A stretch of DNA of 64,000 nucleotides. Origin: an uncultured Arthrobacter sp. (lineage in GTDB: Bacteria; Actinomycetota; Actinomycetes; Actinomycetales; Micrococcaceae). Where the stretch lies: assembly GCF_947493765.1 (NCBI RefSeq), contig NZ_CANLSZ010000004.1, positions 176,461 to 240,460 of the forward strand, given 5' to 3'. Position 1 is the stretch's first letter, and the number at the start of each line of letters is the position of its first letter. Both the position numbers and the translations under genes were made by a program. Below the pieces are notes generated by a model, which did no database searches, was not told where the DNA came from, and was given only the letters and a program-made list of their open reading frames with translations. Shown here piece after piece: positions 19,437 through 28,538 of the stretch.

Positions 19437-21179
19437 ATGACCACCCCCGACCTGCACGCCCTCCTCGCCACCGCCGACGCCTGGGCCGAGCACGACCCGG
19501 ATCCGCACACCGCGGCCGAACTCCGGGCACTCCTGGCCGAGGTGCGCTCCGGTGGCTCCGGTGGCTCCGAGGGACCGGAGCAGGAGCTCCGCGACCGATT
19601 CTCCGGGCCGCTGGTCTTCGGGACCGCAGGTCTCCGGGCTGCCCTCGGCGCCGGGCCGAACCGCATGAACCGCGTAGTGGTGCGCCGGGCCGCCGCCGGT
19701 GTCGCCGCCCACGCACAGGACCTCGCAGCAGGCGCCTACGTGCCACGCGCCGTCGTCGGGTTCGACGCCCGCCACAACTCGCGCATCTTCGCCGAGGAGA
19801 CCGCCGCGATCCTCACGGCCGCCGGCATCGACACGTTCCTGCTGCCGCGGGAACTGCCGACCCCGGTGCTCGCCTACGCCATCCGCGCCCTGGAGTGCGA
19901 GGTGGGCATCATGGTCACCGCGAGCCACAACCCGCCGCAGGACAACGGCTACAAGGTGTACCTCGGCGGCCGGGCGGTCGAGGAGGACGCCCGGGGGGTC
20001 CAGATCGTCGCCCCCCACGACGGGGCGATCGCCGCACACATCGCGGCCGTGGACACCGTGGACCTCGCCCCGGACGGCTGGACGGTCCTGCCCGGGAGTC
20101 TCGAGGACGACTACGTGGCCTCCGTGGCGGCCCTCGCCGATCCGGCGAGCACGGCCCGGGACCTGCGGATCGTCCTCACCCCGCTCCATGGGGTGGGCGG
20201 CAGGACGGCGCTGTCCGTGCTCGCCGCCGCCGGGTTCGACGATGTCACCGTCGTCCAGGCCCAGGCCGAGCCCGATCCGGACTTCCCCACCGTCGCGTTC
20301 CCCAATCCGGAGGAGCCCGGCGCGCTCGACCTCGCCCTGGAGACGGCCGCGCAGGTCGACGCCGATCTCGTGATCGCCAACGACCCGGACGCGGACCGTG
20401 TGGCCCTCGCCGCCCGCGAGCCCGCCAGCGGCGCCTGGCGGATGCTCCGGGGCGACGAGGTGGGGACGCTACTCGGACTGCACCTGGCGGGGCGCACGCT
20501 GGACGAACCGATGTCACCGACGGCGACCGGGGAGGACACGGGGGTCTTCGCGAACTCGATCGTGTCCTCGCGGCTCCTGGAACGTGTCGCCCGGGCGTCC
20601 GGCATCGAGCATGCCCGGACCCTGACCGGCTTCAAGTGGATCGCGCGCGTGCACGACCTCGCGTTCGGGTACGAGGAGGCCCTGGGCTACTGCGTCGCGC
20701 CGGAGCTCGTCCGCGACAAGGACGGCATCTCCGCCGCGCTGCTCCTGGCCGAACTCGCCGCGGCGACGAAGGCCGCGGGACGCACGCTGTTCGACCTGCT
20801 GGACGACGCCTACCTCGAGCACGGCCTGCACGCCTCCGACCAGCTGTCGGTGCGGGTCGACACGCTCGATCTGCTGGGGACCATGATGGGCGCGCTGCGG
20901 CAGGACCCGCCGTCGTCGTTCGCGCAGTCCCCGGTGGAGGTCGCCGAGGACCTCGCCGACGGGTCGGCGCAGCTGCCGCCCACGGACGGGCTGCTCTACC
21001 TGACCCGCGACCAGACGCGCGTCATCATCCGGCCCAGCGGCACGGAGCCGAAGCTGAAGTGCTATCTCGAGGTCGTGGAGCCCGCCGCGTCCGCCGCCGC
21101 CCTCGCCGAGGCGAAGGACACCGCGCGCCTCCGGCTCGACGCCGTGAAGCAGGACGTCGCGGCAGCCCTCGGCCTCTGA
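19437..21179 (+). CDS. Phospho-sugar mutase (phosphomannomutase/phosphopentomutase-like, alpha-D-phosphohexomutase superfamily)
   Basis: 580 aa. Active-site loop MVTASHNPPQDNGYKVY and metal loop ANDPDADR. Placed between PNP and deoC, suggesting a nucleoside-sugar catabolism role. Confidence 0.9.
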   Translation: MTTPDLHALLATADAWAEHDPDPHTAAELRALLAEVRSGGSGGSEGPEQELRDRFSGPLVFGTAGLRAALGAGPNRMNRVVVRRAAAGVAAHAQDLAAGAYVPRAVVGFDARHNSRIFAEETAAILTAAGIDTFLLPRELPTPVLAYAIRALECEVGIMVTASHNPPQDNGYKVYLGGRAVEEDARGVQIVAPHDGAIAAHIAAVDTVDLAPDGWTVLPGSLEDDYVASVAALADPASTARDLRIVLTPLHGVGGRTALSVLAAAGFDDVTVVQAQAEPDPDFPTVAFPNPEEPGALDLALETAAQVDADLVIANDPDADRVALAAREPASGAWRMLRGDEVGTLLGLHLAGRTLDEPMSPTATGEDTGVFANSIVSSRLLERVARASGIEHARTLTGFKWIARVHDLAFGYEEALGYCVAPELVRDKDGISAALLLAELAAATKAAGRTLFDLLDDAYLEHGLHASDQLSVRVDTLDLLGTMMGALRQDPPSSFAQSPVEVAEDLADGSAQLPPTDGLLYLTRDQTRVIIRPSGTEPKLKCYLEVVEPAASAAALAEAKDTARLRLDAVKQDVAAALGL

Positions 21180-21266
21180 ACCAGGACCCGACGCAGGACC
21201 CGACGCGGGACCGCCGGGGCGCCGCCCGGCGTCCACCCACGGGCGGCGCCGTGGAAGGATGGAACC

Positions 21267-21947
21267 ATGACTACCGACGTCTCCCTCGCCACCTACATCG
21301 ACCACACCCTGCTGAAGCCCGACGCCAGCCGTGAGCAGATCCTCGAGCTGTGCCGGGAAGCGGTCGAGTACTCGTTCAAGTCCGTCTGCGTGAATCCCCT
21401 CTGGGTCAGCACCGTGCGCACCGTCGTGAAGGACACCGAGGTCCTGACGTGCTCCGTGATCGGCTTCCCGCTCGGCGCCACGCCCACCGAGGTCAAGGTC
21501 TTCGAGGCCCGCGGGGCGGTCGCCGACGGCGCCGACGAGATCGACATGGTGATCGACATCGCGGCAGCCCGCGCCGGGGAGAAGGATGCCCTCGTCCAGG
21601 ACATCCGCGCCGTGGCCGAGGCGGTCCACGAGCAGGACGCCGTCCTCAAGGTGATCATCGAGACCGCGCTGCTCACCGACGACCAGAAGATCCTCGCCTG
21701 CGAGGCCGCGGTCGAGGCCGGGGCGGACTTCGTGAAGACCTCCACCGGTTTCAACGGGGGCGGGGCCACCGTCGAGGATGTCGCGCTGATGCGCCGCACG
21801 GTCGGCCCGGACCTCGGCGTCAAGGCCTCCGGGGGCGTCCGCTCGCTCGCCGACGCCCGCGCCATGATCGAGGCCGGAGCCACACGTATCGGCGCGAGCT
21901 CGGGAGTCGCTATCGTTAGAGGTGAGCAGGGCACAGCGGAGTACTGA
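21267..21947 (+). CDS. deoC: Deoxyribose-phosphate aldolase
   Basis: 226 aa. [25 protein letters not shown] (Schiff-base Lys), VKASGGVR. Confidence 0.93.
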   Translation: MTTDVSLATYIDHTLLKPDASREQILELCREAVEYSFKSVCVNPLWVSTVRTVVKDTEVLTCSVIGFPLGATPTEVKVFEARGAVADGADEIDMVIDIAAARAGEKDALVQDIRAVAEAVHEQDAVLKVIIETALLTDDQKILACEAAVEAGADFVKTSTGFNGGGATVEDVALMRRTVGPDLGVKASGGVRSLADARAMIEAGATRIGASSGVAIVRGEQGTAEY

Positions 21948-21956
21948 GCCGGACCC

Positions 21957-22001
21957 CGAACCAGTCGAACCAGTCGAACCAGTCGAACCAGTCGAACCAA
22001 G
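21957..22001. repeat. 9-bp tandem repeat (cgaaccagt), about 5 copies
   Basis: Read directly from the sequence. Four perfect copies plus a variant fifth that runs into the AAGGAG ribosome-binding site of the next ORF. Confidence 0.95.
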
Positions 22002-22009
22002 GAGAGCAC

Positions 22010-22297
22010 ATGTCACACGAAGCAGCCGTCCAGCGGGAACCCGAGCACGCGGGCAAGGGCCACCTCGTCGAGAACATCGTGGTCTTCGTGCTCATGTTCG
22101 GCATGTTCGTGCTGGGCGTCTACCTGCTGACCTGGTTCACGCCGCAGAACATCTGGCCCATGGGCGCGCTCGTCGTCCTCGCCTTCATCGCGTTCTTCAT
22201 CCCGCAGGGCATCATCGGTCGGGCCGACACCGGCTACGACCTCGCGGAGGGCAGGCAGAGCGACGCGAAGCAGACCTCGGCGGGCGTCGGCTCCTGA
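22010..22297 (+). CDS. Small membrane protein, unknown function (95 aa)
   Basis: ATG 22010 is preceded by AAGGAGAG. Two clear hydrophobic helices (IVVFVLMFGMFVLGVYLLTWF; MGALVVLAFIAFFIPQGII). Followed by a strong terminator. Confidence 0.6.
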   Translation: MSHEAAVQREPEHAGKGHLVENIVVFVLMFGMFVLGVYLLTWFTPQNIWPMGALVVLAFIAFFIPQGIIGRADTGYDLAEGRQSDAKQTSAGVGS

Positions 22298-22320
22298 GGC
22301 GTCGGCTCCTGAGGCGTCGA
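22283..22320. repeat. 15-bp tandem repeat (ggcgtcggctcctga), about 2.5 copies, including the ORF stop codon
   Basis: Copies at 22283-22297, 22298-22312 and partial 22313-22320. Confidence 0.9.
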
Positions 22321-22347
22321 CCAGGCGCCCGAGCGCCGCGAAGCACC

Positions 22348-22383
22348 GAAGGAGGCCGTCCCCGTCGGGGGACGGCCTCCTTC
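22348..22383 (+). terminator. Intrinsic terminator-like hairpin after the small membrane ORF
   Basis: Perfect 16-bp stem gaaggaggccgtcccc / ggggacggcctccttc with loop gtcg, followed by ctgtttc. Confidence 0.75.
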
Positions 22384-22411
22384 CTGTTTCCACCAGGTTG
22401 TACGTCTGTAC

Positions 22412-22507
22412 GGCTGTGCTTCCCGGGCTGTGCTTCCCGGGCTGTGTTCCTGACGGGCTGTGTTCCTGACCAGCTGCATTCCTGACGAGCTGTGTTCCTG
22501 ACGAGCT
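22412..22507. repeat. Compound tandem repeat: 14-bp x2 (ggctgtgcttcccg), then 16-bp x4 (gRgctgYRttcctgac)
   Basis: Read directly from the sequence. 16-bp units at 22439, 22455, 22471 and 22487. Lies between convergent genes. Confidence 0.9.
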
Positions 22508-22528
22508 CCGGCCCCCTCGGGCCGGAGC
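22505..22528 (-). terminator. Stem-loop just downstream of the mfd stop
   Basis: gctccggccc / gggccggagc, 10-bp perfect stem with 4-nt loop, 7 nt from the mfd stop codon. Confidence 0.55.
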
Positions 22529-22534
22529 CGCAGG

Positions 22535-25500
22535 TCACGGCGTGAAGACGGCGTCGAGGACGTTACCCGCCCACGCCAGGATGTCGGCGTCCACGAGGTC
22601 GCGTCCGCCGATCCGCGCGGTCTTCGGCTTGGGCACGAGCACCGCGTTGAGCGCGGGCTTGATGGTGGCCCCGGGGTACAGGCGGGCGAGCCTGAGTTGC
22701 TTGGACTCCGGCAGCTCCGCCGGCGAGAACTTGATGAAGTTCCCCTGTAGCGCCACGTCCGTCAGACCGAGCGCCCGGGCGGCCACCCGGAAGCGGGCGA
22801 CCGCGATGAGATTGTCCACCGCCGCCGGAGGCTCGCCGTAGCGGTCCTTCAGCTCGGCGACCACCGCGTCGATCGCCTCGTCCGTCACCGCCGAGGCCAG
22901 CTTGCGGTAGGCCTCGAGGCGGAGCCGCTCCCCCGGCACGTAGTCGTGCGGCAGGTGCGCGTTGACGGGCAGTTCGATCTTCATCTCCGCCGCCTTCTCC
23001 TCGGCCTCCCCCCGGAAGGACGCGACGGCTTCGCCGACCAACCGGATGTAGAGATCGAAGCCGACGCCCTGGATGTGCCCCGACTGCTCACCGCCGAGCA
23101 TGTTCCCCGCACCGCGGATCTCGAGGTCCTTCAGGGCCAGCTGCATGCCGGCACCGAGCTCGTTGTGCGCGGCGACGGCCTTCAGGCGCTCGAGGGCCAC
23201 CTCGCCCAGCGGCTTCTCCGACGGGTAGAGGAAGTAGGCGTACGCCCGCTCCCGCCCGCGTCCCACCCGCCCGCGCAGCTGATGGAGCTGCGAGAGCCCG
23301 TAGGAATCGGCACGGTCCACGATCAGCGTATTGGCGTTGGAGATGTCCAGGCCGGTCTCGATGATCGTGGTGCACACCAGGACGTCGAAGCGCTTCTCCC
23401 AGAAGTCCACGATGATCTGTTCGAGCCGGGACTCCGTCATCTGCCCGTGCGCCACGGCGATGCGCGCCTCCGGGACCAGCTCGCGCAGCTGGGCCGCGGT
23501 GCGGTCGATCGAGGAGACCCGGTTGTGCACGAAGAACACCTGACCCTCGCGCATCAGCTCGCGCCGGATGGCGGCGGAGGCCTGCTTGTCGGTGTAGGGG
23601 CCCACGTAGGTGAGCACCGGGTGGCGCTCCTCGGGCGGCGTGGCGAGCGTGGAGGTCTCCCGGATCCCCGTCAGCGACATCTCGAGCGTCCGCGGGATCG
23701 GTGTGGCACTCATGGCCAGGACGTCCACATTGGTGCGCATCTTCTTGAGCGCCTCCTTGTGCTCCACGCCGAAACGCTGCTCCTCGTCGACGATCACGAG
23801 GCCCAGGTCCTTGAAGGCGACCTCCTTGGAGAGCAGGCGGTGCGTCCCGATCACGACGTCGACCGCCCCCGAGGAGAGGCCCTCACCGGTCTCCCGGGAG
23901 TCCTTCGCGGTCTGGAAGCGCGAGAGCGCCCGGACGTTGACGGGGAAGCCGGAGAACCGCTCGGAGAACGTCTCGAAGTGCTGCTGCACCAGGAGCGTGG
24001 TGGGTACGAGCACGGCGACCTGCTTGCCGTCCTGCACCGCCTTGAAGGCCGCGCGCACGGCGATCTCCGTCTTGCCGTAGCCGACGTCGCCCGAGACGAG
24101 CCGGTCCATCGGCACCTCGCGCTCCATGTCGGCCTTGACCTCGTTGATGGTGGTGAGCTGATCGGGCGTCTCCACGTAGGGGAAGGCCTCCTCGAGCTCG
24201 CGCTGCCAGGGGGTGTCGGCGCCGAACGCGTGACCGCGGGAGGCCATGCGGGCCGAGTACAGCCGGATCAGCTCACCGGCGATCTCCTTGACGGCCTTGC
24301 GCGCATGGCTCTTCGTCCTGCTCCAGTCGGATCCGCCCATCTTGCTCAGCGCCGGCGCGTCACCGCCGACGTAGCGGGTCACCTGGTCCAGCTGGTCGGT
24401 GGGTACGAAGAGCCGGTCGCCGGGCGCGCCACGCTTCGAGGGCGCGTACTCGAGCACGAGGTACTCCCGCGTGGTCCGCGTGGGACCGGCGCCGGTGGAG
24501 CGCTGCATCAGTTCGACGAATCTCGCCACGCCGTGCTGCTCGTGGACCACGAAGTCGCCCTCCTTGAGTTGCAGCGGATCGACGGCGTTCCGTCGCCGGG
24601 AGGGCATCTTGCGCATGTCGCGCGTGCCCGCGGCGCTCGTGCGCCCGAGCAGGTCCGCCTCCGTCAGCAGTCCCATCCGGAGCCCGTCCACCACGAATCC
24701 CCGGCCGGCACACGCCGTCGTGATCTCGATGATGCCCGGCTGCGGGGATCCTTCCAGGGAGTCGACGATCCGCGCGGGGATGTCGCTGTCCCGGAACAGT
24801 TCGGCGAGGCGCTTCGCCGGCCCGGGGCCCTCGGTGGCGACCACCACGCGCCACTGGTCCCGGACCCTGCTGCCGATGAAGTCCATCATCTCGGCCACGT
24901 CGCCCTGGTAGCCGCGCGGCTCCCGTGCCCGGAGGGTGAAGCTGTCGACGTCGCTGAGCTCCTCGTCCGCCCCGAACGAGGTGATGCCCCACCACGCGAC
25001 CGATCTGGCGAGCATCGTGGCCCGGGTGTCGGTGAGCGAGCGGAAGCTGGCCTCCCGCAGATCGAGTCCCAGTCCTTCCCCGAGGTCGAGCGGCGCGGCC
25101 CCGCCGTCGGACGCCGTGGACCACGCGGCGGCCAGGAACTCCTCGTTCGTGGCCGCGAGATCGTGCGCGCGCGAGCGCACCTTCTCGGGTTCGACGACGA
25201 CGGCGATCGACCCTGCGGGCAGCTGATCCGCGAACGGGACCATGGCGTCGACCAGCACGGGCGCGAGCGACTCCATGCCCTCGACGGCGATGCCGCCGGC
25301 GATCTTCTCCAGCATGTCCGCGGCCGCGGGGAGTTCGGTGCGCAGTTTCGCGGCCCGCGACATGACGGTGGGCGTGATGAGGATCTCGCGGCACGGCGGG
25401 GCGTACAGTGCGACGGGCGGTTCCCCCGAGGTCAGGGAGCGCTGGTCGGCGACGGCGAACCAGCGCATCTGGTCCACCTCGTCGCCGAAGAAGTCGATCC

Positions 25501-26131
25501 GGACGGGGTGGTCCTCGGTGGGCGGGAAGACGTCGATGATGCCGCCGCGGACGGCGAACTCGCCGCGGTGCGTGACCATGTCCACGCGTGCGTAGGCCGC
25601 GTCCGCGAGCGCCTGCACGACGGCGGAGAACGCCACCTCGTCGCCGACCTTCAGCGAGACGGGCTCGAGCTCGCCGAGACCCGCGACGAGCGGCTGGACG
25701 ACGGCGCGGACGGGCGCCGTGATGACCCTGATGGGTTCGCCCTCGGGGTGGGCGAGCCGCCGCAGGACGGACAGGCGCCGGCCCACGGTGTCCGATCGGG
25801 GCGAGAGCCGCTCGTGCGGCAGCGTCTCCCAGCTCGGGAACTCCTCGATGGCGGCGTCGGGCAGATAGCTGCGCAGCGCCGCGGACAGGTCCTCGGCCTC
25901 ACGGCCGGTCGCCGTTATCGCGAGGACGACGGGCGGGGCGGATCCGTCGGCGTCCGGTGCGAGCTCCGCCAGACCCTCGATCAGCTCGACGAGCAGCGGG
26001 GCACGCATCCCGGCCGGCGCCCCGATCTGGAGGTCCGCGCTGCGCTGGTCCACCGGTCGGGACGCGTTGGTGCGGACACGCGCGTAGGACGCGTCCTCGG
26101 CGAGCGCGGCGCGCAATCCGTTCAGGCTCAT
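22535..26131 (-). CDS. mfd: Transcription-repair coupling factor
   Basis: 1198 aa. UvrB-homology N-terminus, CarD/RID segment (GDFVVHEQHGVARF), superfamily-2 helicase motifs (GDVGYGKTEIA, DEEQRFGV, TATPIPRT) and the TRG region. Confidence 0.95.
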   Translation of the reverse strand: MSLNGLRAALAEDASYARVRTNASRPVDQRSADLQIGAPAGMRAPLLVELIEGLAELAPDADGSAPPVVLAITATGREAEDLSAALRSYLPDAAIEEFPSWETLPHERLSPRSDTVGRRLSVLRRLAHPEGEPIRVITAPVRAVVQPLVAGLGELEPVSLKVGDEVAFSAVVQALADAAYARVDMVTHRGEFAVRGGIIDVFPPTEDHPVRIDFFGDEVDQMRWFAVADQRSLTSGEPPVALYAPPCREILITPTVMSRAAKLRTELPAAADMLEKIAGGIAVEGMESLAPVLVDAMVPFADQLPAGSIAVVVEPEKVRSRAHDLAATNEEFLAAAWSTASDGGAAPLDLGEGLGLDLREASFRSLTDTRATMLARSVAWWGITSFGADEELSDVDSFTLRAREPRGYQGDVAEMMDFIGSRVRDQWRVVVATEGPGPAKRLAELFRDSDIPARIVDSLEGSPQPGIIEITTACAGRGFVVDGLRMGLLTEADLLGRTSAAGTRDMRKMPSRRRNAVDPLQLKEGDFVVHEQHGVARFVELMQRSTGAGPTRTTREYLVLEYAPSKRGAPGDRLFVPTDQLDQVTRYVGGDAPALSKMGGSDWSRTKSHARKAVKEIAGELIRLYSARMASRGHAFGADTPWQRELEEAFPYVETPDQLTTINEVKADMEREVPMDRLVSGDVGYGKTEIAVRAAFKAVQDGKQVAVLVPTTLLVQQHFETFSERFSGFPVNVRALSRFQTAKDSRETGEGLSSGAVDVVIGTHRLLSKEVAFKDLGLVIVDEEQRFGVEHKEALKKMRTNVDVLAMSATPIPRTLEMSLTGIRETSTLATPPEERHPVLTYVGPYTDKQASAAIRRELMREGQVFFVHNRVSSIDRTAAQLRELVPEARIAVAHGQMTESRLEQIIVDFWEKRFDVLVCTTIIETGLDISNANTLIVDRADSYGLSQLHQLRGRVGRGRERAYAYFLYPSEKPLGEVALERLKAVAAHNELGAGMQLALKDLEIRGAGNMLGGEQSGHIQGVGFDLYIRLVGEAVASFRGEAEEKAAEMKIELPVNAHLPHDYVPGERLRLEAYRKLASAVTDEAIDAVVAELKDRYGEPPAAVDNLIAVARFRVAARALGLTDVALQGNFIKFSPAELPESKQLRLARLYPGATIKPALNAVLVPKPKTARIGGRDLVDADILAWAGNVLDAVFTP

Positions 26132-26168
26132 CTACTGGACTCCTCAGCCATGGTTCCTCCGCTGCCGG

Positions 26169-26213
26169 TCCCGGTCCGAGCGGATCACAGGGACCGGCAG
26201 CGGCAGGGAGGAC
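26169..26213. promoter_or_regulatory. 14-bp inverted repeat in the mfd / DUF2505 divergent intergenic region
   Basis: ccgctgccggtccc (26169-26182) / gggaccggcagcgg (26200-26213), 17-nt spacer, about 38 nt upstream of the mfd start. Function unknown. Confidence 0.35.
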
Positions 26214-26375
26214 AGCACGAAAACCCGGAAACGTCGATCGTCGCCGGGTGCTGCTCCACAGTAGCAAGCGGCCCCGACGCTTCGCCTTCGTCGGAGCTTC
26301 GAATCAACGGGCCACGTCGTAGGATGGCGAAAGACCCCGCGCCAGCGGCTGCCCGCCACCACCCCCGGAGGATCC

Positions 26376-26873
26376 ATGGCACTGAATGCTTCCACCACCC
26401 TCCCCTACGACGCCGCCACCATCGTGGGGGTGTTCACCGACGAGGGCTTCGTGCGGCACATGAGCGAGCACGTCGGCGGATCGCTGGAGTCGCTCGTCGT
26501 CGACGGCGACACGGCCGGGGCCTTCACGGTCACGATCGTGCGCACCCTGCCCACGGAGCGCCTCCCGGACGTGGCGCGCAAGTTCGTGGGTGAGACCCTC
26601 TCGGTCACGCAGACCGAGCGATGGGACCCGCCGTCGCCGGACGGCGGCCGTCAGTCGACACTCGAGATGACGGTCGCGGGGGTTCCCCTCAATGTCACCG
26701 CCGTCCAGCGGCTGATCCCCCACGCCACGGACACGGTGGTCGACCTGCAGGGCGCCGTGACGTCGTCCGTCCCCTTCCTCGGGAGCAGGATCGCCGGGGC
26801 CGCCGAGCCGATGATCGGGAAGGCGCTGAACGTCCAGGCCGCCGAGGCCCGGACCTGGCTCGAGCAGCACTGA
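26376..26873 (+). CDS. DUF2505-family (SRPBCC-like) protein
   Basis: 165 aa. The KFVGETLSVTQTERW segment and overall layout match my memory of DUF2505 proteins. Confidence 0.7.
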   Translation: MALNASTTLPYDAATIVGVFTDEGFVRHMSEHVGGSLESLVVDGDTAGAFTVTIVRTLPTERLPDVARKFVGETLSVTQTERWDPPSPDGGRQSTLEMTVAGVPLNVTAVQRLIPHATDTVVDLQGAVTSSVPFLGSRIAGAAEPMIGKALNVQAAEARTWLEQH

Positions 26874-26916
26874 CCCGCACCCACCCCGACCGCACCCGAT
26901 CGCGAAAGACACCCCA

Positions 26917-27138
26917 GTGAACCTCCCCACTCCCCTGGCCCTCGTCCTGATCCTCTCCGGCGTCTGGTCGCTCGTCGTCTGGCCGCCGTTCCTGCGCCGT
27001 GTCCTCAGGGATCCGCGCTCCCGCGACGGGGACGGCAGGGGCACCCGGTTCCTGAAGGTCCACATCATGCTCGTCTCCACGTCCATGATCCTCGGCGCGG
27101 CGACCGCCGTCATCGGCGTACGCGCCCTCGTCGCCTGA
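26917..27138 (+). CDS. Small two-TM membrane protein (SCO4848-like)
   Basis: GTG start, 73 aa. [23 protein letters not shown] ... [20 protein letters not shown]. Confidence 0.55.
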   Translation: MNLPTPLALVLILSGVWSLVVWPPFLRRVLRDPRSRDGDGRGTRFLKVHIMLVSTSMILGAATAVIGVRALVA

Positions 27139-27179
27139 TCGTCCGTTCACACGAATCGCCCACCAGTGGAAGAGACCTG

Positions 27180-28538
27180 ATGGCACACGACAAGTCCCCG
27201 GAGCCCGTCCGCGCACGCGCCGTCATCCTGCAGCGGCCCAGCTATCCCGAGTACATGCGCATCAGCGAACTCATGCGCAAGGAGACCGTGGGTGGCATCC
27301 TGCTGCTCATCGCGGCGGTGCTCGCGATCCTCTGGGCCAACTCGCCGTGGGGTGATGCCTACTTCGCCGTCCGCGACTTCGAGTTCGGCTACGAGCCGTG
27401 GCACCTGAAGCTCTCCGTCGGGACGTGGGCCTCGGACGGACTGCTGGCGGTCTTCTTCTTCCTCACCGGACTGGAGCTCAAGCGCGAGTTCGTCGCGGGG
27501 GATCTCCGGAAGATCAGCCGCGCCATCGTCCCCGTGGCAGCCGCGTTCGGCGGCGTCGTCGTGCCGGCCGTGATCTACACGGTGGTCAACCTGTCCTCGC
27601 CGGACACGCTGCGCGGCTGGGCCATCCCGACCGCGACCGACATCGCCTTCGCCCTCGCGGTCCTGGCCGTCATCGGCTCCCACCTGCCCGGCGCGCTGCG
27701 CCTGTTCCTGCTCACGCTGGCCGTCGTAGACGATCTCATCGCCATCGCCATCATCGCCTTCTTCTACTCCGAGGACGTCAGCCTCGTCTTCCTCCTGTGG
27801 ATGCTCCTGCCGCTGGGCCTGTTCGCCCTCCTGGCACAGCGCAAGCCCAAGTTCTTCGGGAGGACCACGCGCGGTCCTTGGCTGATCCTGCTGCCGCTCG
27901 GGGCCGCCACCTGGGCCCTCATGCATGCCTCCGGGGTGCATGCGACGGTGGCCGGCGTGCTGCTCGGGTTCTGCGTCCCCGTGCTGCGCCGCAAGCCCAA
28001 CGGCAAGCCCGCCCTGCCGCGCCCCAACAAGCCCGGTCTCGCCGAGGTCCTGGAGCATCGCTTCCGTCCCCTCTCCACGGGCTTCGCGGTACCGGTCTTC
28101 GCGTTCTTCTCCGCCGGCGTCGCGATCGGAGGGATGGAGGGTTTCGTCTCCGCGCTCTCGGACCCGGTCCTCATCGGGATCGTGCTCGGGCTCGTGGTCG
28201 GCAAGCCCACCGGGGTGCTGCTCACCACCTTCCTCGTCACCAAGACCACGCGGGCGAATCTCGACCCGGGCCTGAGCTGGTGGGACCTGCTCGGCGTGGG
28301 CGTCCTCGCGGGCGTAGGCTTCACGGTCTCGCTGCTCGTCAACGATCTGAGCTTCGGGGCGGGGTCCCCGCACGACGACCACGCCAAGGTCGCCATCCTC
28401 ATGGCCTCCCTGACGGCCGCCCTCCTGGCCACCGTCGTCCTGCGCATCCGCAACAGGAGATACCGCGCGATGGCCGAGGAGGAGAAGATCGACTCCGACG
28501 ACGACGGCGTGCCCGATGTCTTCGAGAACCGCGATTAG
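27180..28538 (+). CDS. nhaA: Na+/H+ antiporter NhaA
   Basis: 452 aa. NhaA-like segments [46 protein letters not shown]. Confidence 0.92.
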   Translation: MAHDKSPEPVRARAVILQRPSYPEYMRISELMRKETVGGILLLIAAVLAILWANSPWGDAYFAVRDFEFGYEPWHLKLSVGTWASDGLLAVFFFLTGLELKREFVAGDLRKISRAIVPVAAAFGGVVVPAVIYTVVNLSSPDTLRGWAIPTATDIAFALAVLAVIGSHLPGALRLFLLTLAVVDDLIAIAIIAFFYSEDVSLVFLLWMLLPLGLFALLAQRKPKFFGRTTRGPWLILLPLGAATWALMHASGVHATVAGVLLGFCVPVLRRKPNGKPALPRPNKPGLAEVLEHRFRPLSTGFAVPVFAFFSAGVAIGGMEGFVSALSDPVLIGIVLGLVVGKPTGVLLTTFLVTKTTRANLDPGLSWWDLLGVGVLAGVGFTVSLLVNDLSFGAGSPHDDHAKVAILMASLTAALLATVVLRIRNRRYRAMAEEEKIDSDDDGVPDVFENRD

